A DNA stretch of 64,000 bases, from the NCBI GenBank assembly GCA_025594325.1, contig JANHCV010000003.1, positions 434,001 through 498,000 of the forward strand. The letters are read 5' to 3'. This DNA comes from Blastocladiella emersonii ATCC 22665 (taxonomy: Eukaryota; Fungi; Blastocladiomycota). Every line of letters begins with the position of its first letter. Positions within the stretch are counted from its first letter, which is position 1. Positions 33,656 through 45,376 of this stretch are shown piece by piece. Below the pieces are notes generated by a model. That model did no database searches. It had not been told where the DNA came from and saw only the letters and a program-made list of their open reading frames with translations. The position numbers and the translations under genes are program-made.

Positions 33656-34902
33656 ATGAAACCGACGCTGATGCACCAAGCTCTCCTGGCCGCCGCGCTC
33701 CTGGCGTGCCTCGCCCCCACCTCGCATGCGTGGGGCGGCGGCAGCGACGACCGCGTGCTGCTCAAGGACGTGGAGGTGCTGACGCTGCGGCACGGCGGTA
33801 TGACGGCGGGCCGCCGGTCGCCGCCGGTCCCGCAGCTCGTGTGTGTCGGCGGCGATGCGTGTGCCGCGTTCCAGCCGACGGTCATGCAGTGCCGGGTGCG
33901 TTCTCTGGGTCGTTGTTGCGGTGTTGGCGGCGGATGCTGACTTGAAGAGGGTGTAGAACGTCGGCCACGACGGGCGCCAGGTGCAGTGGTCATGCAAGGC
34001 CGACATGGACGACTACTACCGCCTCGGCGAGACGACCGTGTCGTGCGAGGGGTACAAGAACCGCAAGGGTGCGCTCGTCCCTCACCTCTCCCTCCGTCCG
34101 ACCGATCCGCCCGCTCACACTTTCCCTGAATGTAGACAAGTACATCCTAGCCGGCTCGTGCGGCGTCGAGTACACGCTGCACTACACGGAGAAGGGCCGC
34201 GCGTCGGCCGCGTACCGCGCGCAGCAGGGGACCAACGACCAGTACATGCGCAAGCCCACGGCGTCCGCGTACAAGAAGAAGAAGGGGAACCAGGAGGGGT
34301 TCAGCTGGGCGGTGCTGGTGCCGTTCCTCATGGTCGGCGGCATGTGGCTGCTCATCAACAAGTGCAGCGACAACAGCGGGTCGGCGGCGGGTAACGGCAG
34401 CGAGCGCCCGCCGCGCCGTCCGACGGGCGGGGTCCCGCCCCCGCCGCCGCCGTACTCGGCGCAGGACAACAAGGGTACGCCTTTTTGCGACTCGACCCGA
34501 CCCGAACCGCTCACTCACTCTCACGATGTAGACTACGCGACCGGCTCTTCGACCAGCACGTCCGCGCGCCCGGGCTTCTGGACGGGTGCCGCGACGGGCG
34601 CGGCGGCGGGCGCGACGGCGGGGTACATGGCGGGCCGCATGTCGATGTCGGGCGACCACGCGCACAGCACCACGTCGTTCCCCGAGTTTGACGACCGCAG
34701 CGACGACGAGAACGTGTCGTTCCTGAACGGCGGGCGTCGCCGGCCGCGGCCCGCGCGCACGCAGCAGCACGAGCACCACCACTACCACCACGGCGCGAGT
34801 GCGCCCGTGGGGAACGGGTGGGGCCAGCAGCAGCGCGAGCGGACGCCGTCGCCGCCCGAGACGTACGCGAGCGAGGGGTTCGGCGGGACGCGGATGCGTT
34901 GA
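33656..34902 (+). CDS. SARAF: Store-operated Ca2+ entry-associated regulatory factor (TMEM66/SARAF family), 2 introns
   Basis: Signal peptide, RVLLKDVEVLTL...TAGRRSPPVPQLVCVGG, QWSCKADM...VSCEGY, YILAGSCGVEYTL, a TM segment, and PGFWTG...GGTRMR. Confidence 0.9.
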
Positions 34903-35009
34903 GCGGTGTTGTTGTGAGGGCGAGGAGGAGGAATGAGAAAAGAAGTTTTATGCTACAAATCACGACTCGCACGCGCAGCGCGGCACGCACTCCGGACAGG
35001 GAGCGCCGC

Positions 35010-35340
35010 TTAGTGCTGCTGGTCCTGGAGACGCTTGACCTGCACGAACACTGTTAGCACACCATCCCCACACTCACCAGGAGCATCCACGGAGACGTAC
35101 AATAAAGATCGAGGTGTCCAAGAAGCGTTCCACGCATGAAGTGAGGCAGCTCTCCTCGGACGACGAGAGGCGGTTGCCGACCTTGGTGATGCACTTGTCC
35201 CAGCACATCTGGGTGAAGGTGTGGATCTGCGACTGGACGCGGGCCTTGGAGTTCTCCTGCTCGAGGAACTTCTGCAGCTCGGCCTGCGAGGCGGCGTCGA
35301 GCTGGGGCTGCTGGGCGGCGGCGGAGAGGGGCGACGACAT
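35010..35340 (-). CDS. TIM8: Mitochondrial IMS small Tim chaperone, Tim8-like (1 intron)
   Basis: Twin CX3C (CWDKC, CLTSC), ELQKFLEQE, VERFLDTS. Confidence 0.9.
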
Positions 35341-35597
35341 GGCGAGTGCAGTGCAGAGAGTTACGAGGGGTGTTGATGCGTAGCAGATGCGTTGCGTGAG
35401 GGGGTCGCAGAGTGGGCGGTGATCCGAGCGAAGTGGAGGAGCGGCGAGCGAGCAACACGAAACGAGAGCAGCGGCCTCATGTGAGCCCACACGGGCACCG
35501 AGAGAGGGATAGATCAATGATGGAATAATAACTCTAGTGCCACAGGAATAGGGCGGAATGATACGGGAGACGATGAATGGACAAAGGTAGCGACAAC

Positions 35598-36023
35598 TCA
35601 CAGCTTGAGGCGGAAGTACTTGAACAGGAAGCTCTGGAGCGGGGTGCGGGTCGACTTGGCGTCGGCGTCGCCCGCGTTGGCGGCGAGGTCGCGGTAGTGA
35701 TTGGGCGAGCCCTCGGGGTCGGTGAGGCGCTTGGAGAGCGGGTGCTAGATCGTCTAGGGTGGTGAGCAAGCGGGATCGCATCGGTGACCGCAGAAGAAGC
35801 GTACAGCGGCCATGGCGCGGTTCTCGACAAGGGCCTCGAGCGCCGTGACCTGGCGCCAGAGCGCGGCGGGGTCGGCGGCGGTGAAGGTGCGCTTCTTGAC
35901 CGTGTAGAGCGTAGCGTCGACGTGGCCGCGCAGGGACCGGGTGCCGCGCGACGGCTCGACGGGCAGGCGCTTGGCGGCGCGCAGCGCGTGGCGGTAGATT
36001 GTTGGCAGCGACGGCGTCGACAT
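35598..36023 (-). CDS. LYR-motif-like mitochondrial protein (1 intron)
   Basis: MSTPSLPTIYRHALRAAKRLP resembles the LYR motif. The second exon ends ...FLFKYFRLKL*. Confidence 0.55.
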
Positions 36024-36593
36024 GGCGGTAACTGGTTGCATGGAGTGTGGAGTGTGCGTGATCCGTTGCTGGTGCGCGCAATGGGAGGGAGCGCCGCGAT
36101 CGAAGGTGCGCGGCAGGGTGGCACGGCTCCGGCTGCTGCGCGCGTCACTTGACCGCTGCATCGCCACGGCCATGACCGACGCGTCGCCGTCAGCCGGCCG
36201 CTCCCGCATCTCCGCGCCAGCGACCACGGCCACCGCGCCGTCCATGACTCGGCAGGACCGGCAGGACCGCCATCTCCCAAATCCCGTCACGCGAGCCGCC
36301 GCCGTCGCTATTTCAAGCCGGCGCGAAGATCATGAGCGCCGGCTTGAACGGATTCGGTCCAGCGGCCGACGACCGGCGACCGAGATCCGCAGGTCGCAGG
36401 AGCAGAGGAGGAGCGGTGCGGGGACCCGACGCCGTGGACCCAGTCGGCGCCGAGGGCCCACGTGTGCGACGCGGTCACGCGCGCGTGCCGCCTGGGGCCA
36501 GGCTCGCGTTTCTGTCGGCGGAGAAGCGCCTCCCCGTTCTCGGCCGTCTTCTTCAAGTCGGTCGCCGCCGGGATGGGGATCTTCCGCTGGGAC

Positions 36594-36599
36594 TATAAA
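36594..36599 (+). promoter_or_regulatory. Putative TATA box of the ACS gene
   Basis: TATAAA lies ~60 bp upstream of ATG 36656 in otherwise GC-rich DNA. Confidence 0.45.
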
Positions 36600-36655
36600 G
36601 CCCGCGCGGCCCCTCCCTCCCCCGAACCGAGCTCGCCAACTCGACCACGTTCTCC

Positions 36656-38972
36656 ATGTATTCTTCGCTCACAACCGCCGCCGTCCGCCGCGGCGCTCTC
36701 CGCGCCGCCCTGCGCGCCCGGCCTGCGCCCGCCGTGCTCCACCGCGCGTGCAGCCACGCCACGCTCGCGTCGGTGCGCGACCTCGCCGCCAAGAACGCGG
36801 CCGCCGAGCAGGCCATTGCCGCGGCCGCGGCCTCGGTCCCGCACCGCATCGCCGAGTCGGCGGCCAAGCTCGCGGCCGCCACCACGTCGCTCGAGGCCGA
36901 CCCGAACCACGGGCCGCGCATCCGGTCCATGGCCCAGTACAAGGAGCTGTGGCGGCAGTCGATTGAGGACCCGGAGACGTTCTTTGGCGAGGCACGCTTC
37001 CCTCGCTCCTCGCGGGCCGCGACCCGTCACGCTAACCATTCCCCAAATGTAGCACGCGCGCAAGCTGCTGTCGTGGGACAAGCCGTTCGCCAAGGTGCGC
37101 CACGGCGACTTCCGGTCGGGCGACCCCGTGTGGTTCCCCGAGGGCACGCTCAACGCCTCGTACAACTGCCTCGACCGCCACGTCTTCACGCACCCGGACC
37201 GCACCGCGCTTATCTTCGAGCCCGACAACATCGACGACCCCGCCCAGCACATCTCGTACCGCGACCTCCTCAAGCGCGTGTGCAAGCTCGCCAACGCCCT
37301 GCACGAGCTCGGCCTGCGCAAGGGCGACCGCGTCGGGATCTACATGCCCATGGTGCCCGAGGCCGCCGTCGTACGTTCCTTCGCTTCTTAGGATCGAATC
37401 CCGGACTCGCGCTGACCAGCAGTCGCGTAGGCCATGCTCGCGTGCGCGCGCCTCGGCCTCGTGCACATGGCCGTGTTCGCGGGCTTCTCGCCCGACGCGC
37501 TGCGCGACCGCCTCGTCGACGGCCACTGCAAGGCGCTGATCACCGCCGACGAGGGCGTGCGCGCGGGGCTGACGGTCCCGCTCAAGCGGTACGTGGACGA
37601 GGCGCTGCACGACGCGCCGTGCGTTCAGAACGTGGTTGTCTTCAAGAACACGGGCACTGCTTCGACGAAAATGCACGCGGGCCGCGACCACTGGTGGTCG
37701 GACCTCGTCGACGCGCAGCGCCCGTACTGCCCGCCGGTCCCCGTGCACGCCGAGGACCCGATCTTCATGCTGTACACGTCCGGGTCGACGGGCAAGCCGA
37801 AAGGCCTGGTGCACGCGACCGCCGGGTACCTGCTCGGCACGGCCCTCGCCGCGCACTACTCGTTCGACGTGCGGCCCGGCGACGTGTTCGGGACCACGGC
37901 CGATATCGCGTGGATCGTCGGGTCGTCGTACATCGTGTACGGCCCGCTGACGCTCGGCGCGACCGCCGTCATGTTCGCGCCGCCGCCCACGCACCCGGCG
38001 CCCGACCGGTACTGGCGCACGGTCGCGAAACACGGCATCACGCAGTTCTACACGGCGCCGACGGCGATCCGCGCGCTGCGCCGGTTTGGTGATGAGCCCG
38101 TCAAGCAGCACGACCTGTCCTCCCTGCGCGTGCTCGGGACTGCGGGTGAGCCGATCGACGCCAAGGCGTGGGAGTGGTACGCGAACGTGGTCGGCCAGGG
38201 CCGCGTCCCCGTCGTCGACGCGTACTGGCAGACCGAGACGGGCGCGTCGTGCCTGCAGCCGTTCCCGGGCGCGACCCCGACGCCGCCGGGCGCAGCGACG
38301 CTGCCGTTCTTCGGGATCGACCCGGTCCTCGTCGACCCGGAGTCGGGCAAGGAGCTCCCGGGGCTCGGCGCCGAGGGCGCGCTGTGCTTCCGCGGTCCGT
38401 GGCCGTCGCTCGCGCGCACCATCCACAACGACCATGCGCGGTACGAGAGCACGTACTTCGGCGAACACAAGGGCCTGTACTTTACGGGCGACGCGGCGTT
38501 CCGCGACGCCGACGGGCTGCTGTGGATCCGCGGCCGCACCGACGACGTGGTGAACGTGGCCGGCCACCGGCTGTCGACGTCCGAGATCGAGGGCGCCCTC
38601 ATGACCCACGAGACGTGTGCCGAGGCCGCGGCGATTGGCGTTCCCGACGAGATCAAGGGCCAGGCGATCGTCGCGTTCGTCACGGTCAAGCCCAGCACGC
38701 ATATCCCCGTCCACTCGGTGCCGCCGCTCCTCGTCCAGCGCGTCCGCAAGATCATTGGGCCCATTGCCACGCCCAAGCTGGTCGTCGTCGTGCCCGAATT
38801 GCCCAAGACCCGTACAGGCAAGCAAATGAGACGCGTGCTTCGCAAAATCGCGATGGGCGAGCACGACCAGCTCGGCGACGTGTCGACGCTCGCTGAGCCG
38901 CACGTCGTCGACCAGATTGTCGCGGCGTACGCCAAGGCCGTCAAGGAGGCGAGTGCCGCCTCCTCCAAGTGA
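36656..38972 (+). CDS. ACS: Acetyl-CoA synthetase with a probable mitochondrial presequence (2 introns)
   Basis: WFPEGTLNASYNCLDRH, YTSGSTGKPKG, YWQTETG, GRTDDVVNVAGHRLSTSEIE, LPKTRTGKQMRR. Confidence 0.95.
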
Positions 38973-39057
38973 AGAACGGGAGCGAGTAGCGCGAGTTGTA
39001 TCATATCAGTCAGTATTTACCCCAATCAGTGTATAAATGAGCTCATGTGTCCTCCAT

Positions 39058-40016
39058 TTACAACGCGGTACCGCGCTCGAGCGAGTCCTTGATCTCGGCC
39101 GTGTACTTGTCGTAGGCGCGCGCGATCTTGCGGTTGAAGTCGCGGTTCTTGTCGTTGATGTACCCGACGTCCTCGTCGGGGTCAAAAGTCCGGCGGCGCG
39201 ACGACTTGTTCCGGATCTCGACCTGGTGGCGCACATCGGCGGCCATGCGCTCGACGTCGCGCGGGTCGGGCCGCGCGTGCACGTCGAGGGCGTCGGTGCT
39301 CCCGTAGAACGCGTCCTGCTTGCCCTCGACGGCGGCCGTCGTGCGCTGGTCCTCGTACGCGGCGAGGTCGGGCGTCAGCGCGGCGATCATGCGCTGGTAC
39401 TTTTTGTGCGACGCGTGGCGGTGGTCGAGGAACTCGGTGTTGCGGCGCGCGCGCTTCTTGGCCTGCGCCGCGTCCCACGCTTCCACGTCGTGCACCGAGT
39501 ACGTCAGGCTCCGGTGCCGCTCAAAGTCCTCGCCCTTGGCGGCGAGCTCGCGACGTTGGACGAGGTCCAGGGCTTCCTTGCGCTTGCGCTCCAGCTTGCG
39601 CACCACGCTCGCGGGGACCCGCTTGCTGTTCTGCTCGGCCACCAGGTCTTTGCGGTTGTCGGTCTCGGTTTGCCGCTACGGGGCGGGTGGACGGGTATCA
39701 GCATGATGTCCCAGTGGGGTGTGGCGAGTGGGAGGAAGCGTACAATGCGCATGCGGACTTGCGAGAACTTGGCCTTGTACGCGGCGAGCTCCTCGTCGTC
39801 CTCATCGCTGCTGCTGTCACTGCTCTCGCCCTCGGCCTCCTCACTGCGCTCACTCTCCGCGTAAGACGCCATTTCCGCCTCCGACCCAGATCCATTCGCT
39901 TCATCGTGTGTCCGCTTCTTCTTCGCCGCCGCTGCCGCCGCTTCGCCCCCACGGCGAGGCGACGCTGCTGCCGGTGGTGATGGACTGCGGCGAGTTGCGC
40001 GCGTCTGCTTGGGCAT
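39058..40016 (-). CDS. SYF2: Pre-mRNA splicing factor SYF2 (1 intron)
   Basis: SRRR..DPDEDVGYINDKNRDFNRKIARAYDKYTAEIKDSLERGTAL. Confidence 0.93.
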
Positions 40017-40359
40017 GGTGGCAAGAATTAAGCGCGGGGATGCATGGACGAGGGGAGCGAGCGCGGAGGTTGGCGGGGGAGTGGTGATGGGCGTGGCAGC
40101 CGCCGTGCGCCGACCCGCTCTCACGCTCCGCTCCGGCCGCCGCGACCGCGCGCCGCCGCTGCCGCTCTCCCTCCCCACCGCGCCCGATCTGTTCGCGGGA
40201 CAGCAGACGAGTGGGTGCTAGGAGCGACGACCGACTGCACCGGACGCGCACCGCGACTTTGAACTCGCGCCGCCGACGACGACGCCATGTAAGGCCAAAG
40301 CTCGCTGCCGACCTCGATGGCCCGCCCGACTGACATGGCCAACTGTAGTCCCTCCGGCC

Positions 40360-41469
40360 ATGCTCGCTGCACCCTCGACTGCTGCCGCGCTGCCCGATAC
40401 CCTGGACCAGCAGTACCACCACCCCGCCGCGCCCTTTGATACCGCCTCGCTCAGCTCCGCCATGTCGTCGCCCTACCTCGGGGCTGCCGCGCCGTCTGCC
40501 GTTGCTCTCCCACCACTGGCCAACGGCAGTAGCGGGTCTGCCGCCCATCCACCACCACCATCCGAGCCGCTGCTGCCCGTCATGGACCACGTGTACACGC
40601 ACGGCCTGGTCGGCGGGCAGTTTGCCGACACGGTGCTGTGCGTGGCGGCGCCGTCGTTTGCCAAGGTGTACCCGGTGCACGCGCTGCTGCTGTCGCGGGT
40701 CCCCGCGTTCCGGGACCGGCTGCTCGCGCTGCGGTCGTCGGGGCTCATGCTGCCCTCCCCCGCCGCGATGCCGCCGCTACCGCCGCTCGGCGTCACCTCG
40801 CCGACGCACGTCGTGATGCTGCCCGACGACGCGGCGCTCGCCGGGCTCGGGTTCGTGCGCGGCCGCGACTACCTGTGGCGCATCGACGTGGTGCTCCCCG
40901 CGCCCGCGTCCGACGACGCCATGGGCATGGTGCTCAGCCACATGTACTCGATGGCGCTCCCGCCGCCGTCCATGGCGCCCGAGCTCGCCGTCGCCGTTTT
41001 GACGGTCGCGTCGGCGCTGGGGATCGCCCCGCTCGTCGACCACGTCGCCATGCACGTCCAGGCGTCGCTCTCGCTCGACACCCTGCCCGCGTACCTCCCG
41101 CTGCTCGCGTCCCCGCTCGCGCACCTCGTCACGGCCTTCCTCGGCTCGCTCCTCGCCGCGCTCCCGCCAAACCCTGCGGCCGCCGACTACGCGCGCGTCG
41201 TCAAGGCGTACGCGCAGCTGCCGTGGGCGCTGCTCAAGATGCTCCTCGAGACGCCGCACCACCAGCTGCCCCAGGCCGGCGCGGCAGCAGGACACCTCAC
41301 GCCGCTGATCGAGCACGGCCGGTTCGATTTCGCCAAGCGCGTGCTCGTCGCCCGCGGCCGCCCAGACGAGTCCGTCTGCTACGCGTTCGAGAACGGCGGG
41401 TCCAACGTCAAGCTCACCCGGCTCGCGGACCGCAAGGCGAAGAAAAAGATGTGGAAGATTGACGGCTAG
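40360..41469 (+). CDS. BTB/POZ-domain protein
   Basis: FADTVL...YPVHALLLSR...F, plus the LSHMY and AVLTVASALG...L helices. 369-aa single ORF. Confidence 0.7.
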   Translation: MLAAPSTAAALPDTLDQQYHHPAAPFDTASLSSAMSSPYLGAAAPSAVALPPLANGSSGSAAHPPPPSEPLLPVMDHVYTHGLVGGQFADTVLCVAAPSFAKVYPVHALLLSRVPAFRDRLLALRSSGLMLPSPAAMPPLPPLGVTSPTHVVMLPDDAALAGLGFVRGRDYLWRIDVVLPAPASDDAMGMVLSHMYSMALPPPSMAPELAVAVLTVASALGIAPLVDHVAMHVQASLSLDTLPAYLPLLASPLAHLVTAFLGSLLAALPPNPAAADYARVVKAYAQLPWALLKMLLETPHHQLPQAGAAAGHLTPLIEHGRFDFAKRVLVARGRPDESVCYAFENGGSNVKLTRLADRKAKKKMWKIDG

Positions 41470-41791
41470 TTTTGGATTGGATTACGTGAATGAATGGAAT
41501 GAATCGACTTGACTCTTGCTTCTTCCGTAGTGATCCGATCATGACGCGAAGCGAGGAGGTTGAGTCAGAAGGACGCGTCTTGAGGGTCCCGTCGCGACGG
41601 GTCACCTGACGCGATCAACACGCCCGCTGAGCTCAGCCGCCCAGCCCCGCCGCCGGCCGCCGCCGCCACGCTCACCTCAGTACACCGCGGACCTCCACCC
41701 CGCTGCGACCTGTGTGTTGGCGTACTTGAGTGGCGCGCACCCTCCCCCCTCTCTTGCTGCAACCAGTCCACCACCCATCAAACGAACCACC

Positions 41792-43429
41792 ATGGATTTC
41801 TCCAACTTTGCCCAGCCGTCGGCGCAGCAGTACCAGCAGTCGACCGAGGGCATGGTCGCCTTCAACCCGGCGGCGGCGTTCGCGGCGCAGCAGGCGCAGC
41901 TCGCGCCGGCGCAGCAGGCGACGCAGCAGACGATTCTGTGTTGCTCGTGCGGGACGCCGATCGCGCCGAACCCGGCGGCCATGTGCGTGGCGTGCATCTC
42001 GCACACGGTCGACATCACCGAGGGGATCCCCAAGCAGTCGACGGTGCACTTCTGCAAGAACTGCGAGCGGTACCTGCAGCCGCCCAACGTGTGGATCAAG
42101 GCCGAGCTCGAGTCGCGCGAGCTGCTCGCCCTGCTCGTCAAGCGGCTGCGCGGCCTGTCCAAGGTCCGCCTCGTCGACGCCGGGTTCATCTGGACCGAGC
42201 CGCACTCGAAGCGACTCAAGGTCAAGCTCACGATCCAGAAGGAGGTGTTCGCCAACACGATCCTGCAGCAGGTGTTTGTCGTCGAGTACGTGGTCGCCGG
42301 CCAGCAGTGCGAGGCGTGCGCGCGCGTCATGGCCGAGAACACGTGGCGCGCGTCGGTGCAGGTCCGCCAGAAGGTGCCGCACAAGCGCACGTTCCTGTAC
42401 CTCGAGCAGCTGATCCTCAAGCACGGCATGCACAAGGACACGATCAACATCAAGGAGACGCGCGAGGGGCTCGACTTCTTCTTTGCGCACCGGTCGCACG
42501 CCATCCGCTTCACCGAGTTCCTGTCGGCGGTCGTGCCCACCCGGTCCAAGTGGTCCGAGCAGCTCATCTCCACGGACATCCACACGTCCACGGCCAACTC
42601 CAAGTACTCGTTCTCGGTCGAGCTGGTGCCCATCTGCAAGGACGACCTCGTGTGCCTGCCGCCCAAGATGGCCCGCTCGTTTGGCGGCATGGGCCAGCTC
42701 GTCCTGTGCACGCGCGTCGCCAACACGCTCACCTTCATGGACCCCAACTCGCTGCAGGTCGCCGAGCTCGCCGCGCCCCAGTACTGGCGCACGCCCTTCA
42801 CGTCGCTCGGCAACTCGCGCCAGCTCACCGAGTACTACGTGATCGACGTGGAGCTGTCGGGCATGGTCCGCGGCAAGTACGCGCTCGCCGACGTCCAGGT
42901 CGGCCGCGCGTCCGACGACGCCGTGTTCTGGGCCCGCTCGCACCTCGGCAACGTGCTGCACGTCGGCGACGCGGTCGTCGGGTACGACCTGACGTCGGTC
43001 AACTTCAACAGCGACGACTGGGACACGCTCGTCGCCAAGGGCCGCAACGGCGTCCCCGATGTCGTGCTCGTCAAGAAGTCGTACCCGGCGCGCCGCAAGC
43101 AGTCCAAGCCCCGCCCGTGGCGCGTCAAGACGCTGGCCAAGACGGCCGAGTCGGACCTCGAGCCCAAGAAGGGCGCCCAGGACAAGCTCGACGCCGACAT
43201 GGAGCAGTTCCTGCGCGACCTCGAGGAGGACGTGGAGCTCCGCGCCGCTGTCGACCTGTACAAGGACCCCGAGTACGAGGCCAAGCGGCTCGCCGAGGCC
43301 CAGGCCGCCGCCGACGGCGTCGACATGGACATGGACGAGGACGCCGAGGAGGACTTCCCCGAGATCGACCTCGGCGAGCTCCTCGACGATATGTCTCTCA
43401 ACGACGACGAGGGCGAGGTTGTCGAGTAA
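41792..43429 (+). CDS. NMD3: 60S ribosomal export adaptor NMD3
   Basis: CCSCG...NPAAMCVAC, FCKNCERYLQPP, FIWTEPHSKRLKVKLTIQKE, QVRQKVPHKRTFLYLEQLILKH. Confidence 0.97.
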   Translation: MDFSNFAQPSAQQYQQSTEGMVAFNPAAAFAAQQAQLAPAQQATQQTILCCSCGTPIAPNPAAMCVACISHTVDITEGIPKQSTVHFCKNCERYLQPPNVWIKAELESRELLALLVKRLRGLSKVRLVDAGFIWTEPHSKRLKVKLTIQKEVFANTILQQVFVVEYVVAGQQCEACARVMAENTWRASVQVRQKVPHKRTFLYLEQLILKHGMHKDTINIKETREGLDFFFAHRSHAIRFTEFLSAVVPTRSKWSEQLISTDIHTSTANSKYSFSVELVPICKDDLVCLPPKMARSFGGMGQLVLCTRVANTLTFMDPNSLQVAELAAPQYWRTPFTSLGNSRQLTEYYVIDVELSGMVRGKYALADVQVGRASDDAVFWARSHLGNVLHVGDAVVGYDLTSVNFNSDDWDTLVAKGRNGVPDVVLVKKSYPARRKQSKPRPWRVKTLAKTAESDLEPKKGAQDKLDADMEQFLRDLEEDVELRAAVDLYKDPEYEAKRLAEAQAAADGVDMDMDEDAEEDFPEIDLGELLDDMSLNDDEGEVVE

Positions 43430-43665
43430 GGAGATGTGTGGGCGCGAGGTGAAGGAGTTTGGTTATTAGCACTAGTACATGTATACACACGCAGTTTATT
43501 CGTCCATTTCGCTCTCGAGAGGGATCCTCGTCCGTTGCGAGACGCTTCCGCGAGACACGCCGCACGTGGGCGGCGCAACGCGTCGACGCGTTCACTACTT
43601 CGACGTTTGCTCCCCACTTACCACCACAAAGCCATGTATTCCGCCTCAGACTGACTGCAACCAAC

Positions 43666-45179
43666 ATGCCCGTCTCCACGCGACCGCACGTCGCGTCGCT
43701 CCCTCCGCTCGGCCGCGCCGCGAGCCACGTCTCGACTGGGTCCACTGACAGCACTCATGGGCACCATTCGCGGCATGCCACCACATCCGATACCGCGAGT
43801 CGCACCGGCGGCGGTAGCAGCCTCGCCCCGCCGCCGTCGCTGACGGACGTGCACGCGCAGCGCGTGGTGGCGGTGCTCACCGAGGCCATGGCGAAGGTCG
43901 AGATCCTCATGAACGTGCCGCCCGTCATGGACCGGCGCGCGACGAATATGTTGGGGAAAGAGCTCGCGCACGAGATCGACGGGTACAACCGGCTCCGGCA
44001 CGCAGTGGATGGGTCTTCGGTACGCGGTCGCGACGAAGCCAGCGGGTTGAGTGAACTGACACGATGCGATGACAGGATATCGCCTCCGAACACCTGCGCG
44101 CAGACCTGCACAGCGCGGTGCGCAACGTCTGCCGTGCGCCGCTGCACTCGGCCGACGCGCGCCAGGAGCTCGCGCTGTACAATGCGCACGACACGAACCA
44201 GGCGGGCGGCGGGAATGGGCGCGGTCGGCCGTCGAGCGGCGCCGCGTCATCGCACCATCTCGGCGCCGCCGTCGCCAAGATGGAGGCGCTCAAGCAGCTG
44301 CTCGCGTCGGCCAAGCTGCTCACGGTCGAGAAGCTCACGCGGTCTGCCCAGGACGAGGAGAACAAGATGCTCGAGCTGCAGCGCGTGATTGAGCGCGAGA
44401 AAAAGGTGCGATGGGGATAGGGGGTTGGTGGAGGGGTGTAAGGGCTGACCTTTGGGGTGGGTGTGTAGATCCGCGAGGAGGTCGACGTGGTCCGCACCCA
44501 GCTCGAGAAGGCGAAAAAGGAGCGGCTCGCTGAGATCAACGTCAAGAACGACGCGATTCGCAAGCTCAAGGGTACGCTTCCCACGACTCTCGCTCCCTCG
44601 ACCACACTGACGCGCGCGTTTGTAGACGAGCTCAAGGACATCAAGCAGACGGCCGAGGACGTAGCGCGCAAGCTGGAGATGCGGACCAAGAACAAGGAGG
44701 AGACGGACCACGCGCACTTCAGCGAGCGCGAGGCGACGCTGCTCGCCGAGACCAAGGCGCTGCAGGCGTTCCTCGCCGCGACCGTGGCCGCGCACCGCGA
44801 GGAGGAGCTCAACCTGCGCAAGCGCCGGTTCAAGGTCGAGAGCGAGGTGGACGCGTGGATCTCGAAATACGACCAGGACATGGAGGAGAAGCAGGCCGAG
44901 CTCGACGACCTGTCGGCCATCTACGCCGAGGAAAAGGCCCAGCTCGACGACCTCCAGGCGCGCCACGACGAGCTCAACCGCGAGTACCAGCGCATCCTCG
45001 AGGAACGCAAGTGGCAGGAGGAGGTCCGCGCGAAACTCGAGGCCGAGCGCGCGAAACGCGCCAAGTGCGCCACCATGATCCAGGCGCTCTGGCGCGGGCA
45101 CGTCGCCCGCAAACTGCTCAAGGAGCAGAAGGAGAAGAAGAAGAAGGGCGGGAAGGGCGGGAGGAAGAAGAAAAAGTAG
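43666..45179 (+). CDS. DRC10: Dynein regulatory complex protein 10 (IQCD), 3 introns
   Basis: Coiled coil, LRKRRFKVESEVDAWISKYDQDM, IQ motif IQALWRGHVARK, and a basic tail KKGGKGGRKKKK. Confidence 0.85.
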
Positions 45180-45376
45180 TTGACTTGCGCAGAACATACA
45201 CTCGAATTTGCCCTCCGGGAAAACAAAAGTGTCTCCCGCGCGAGACGCGGTCACGCCGCGACGCGTGAGCGGCCGGAGACGTGTCTCGCGACGCGTCCGA
45301 CGCGTCGATCTTGCTCGAGCGCTTCACTCCACCGCCTGCGCCTTACCTCCACACGCAACGTATCAAACACGCACAA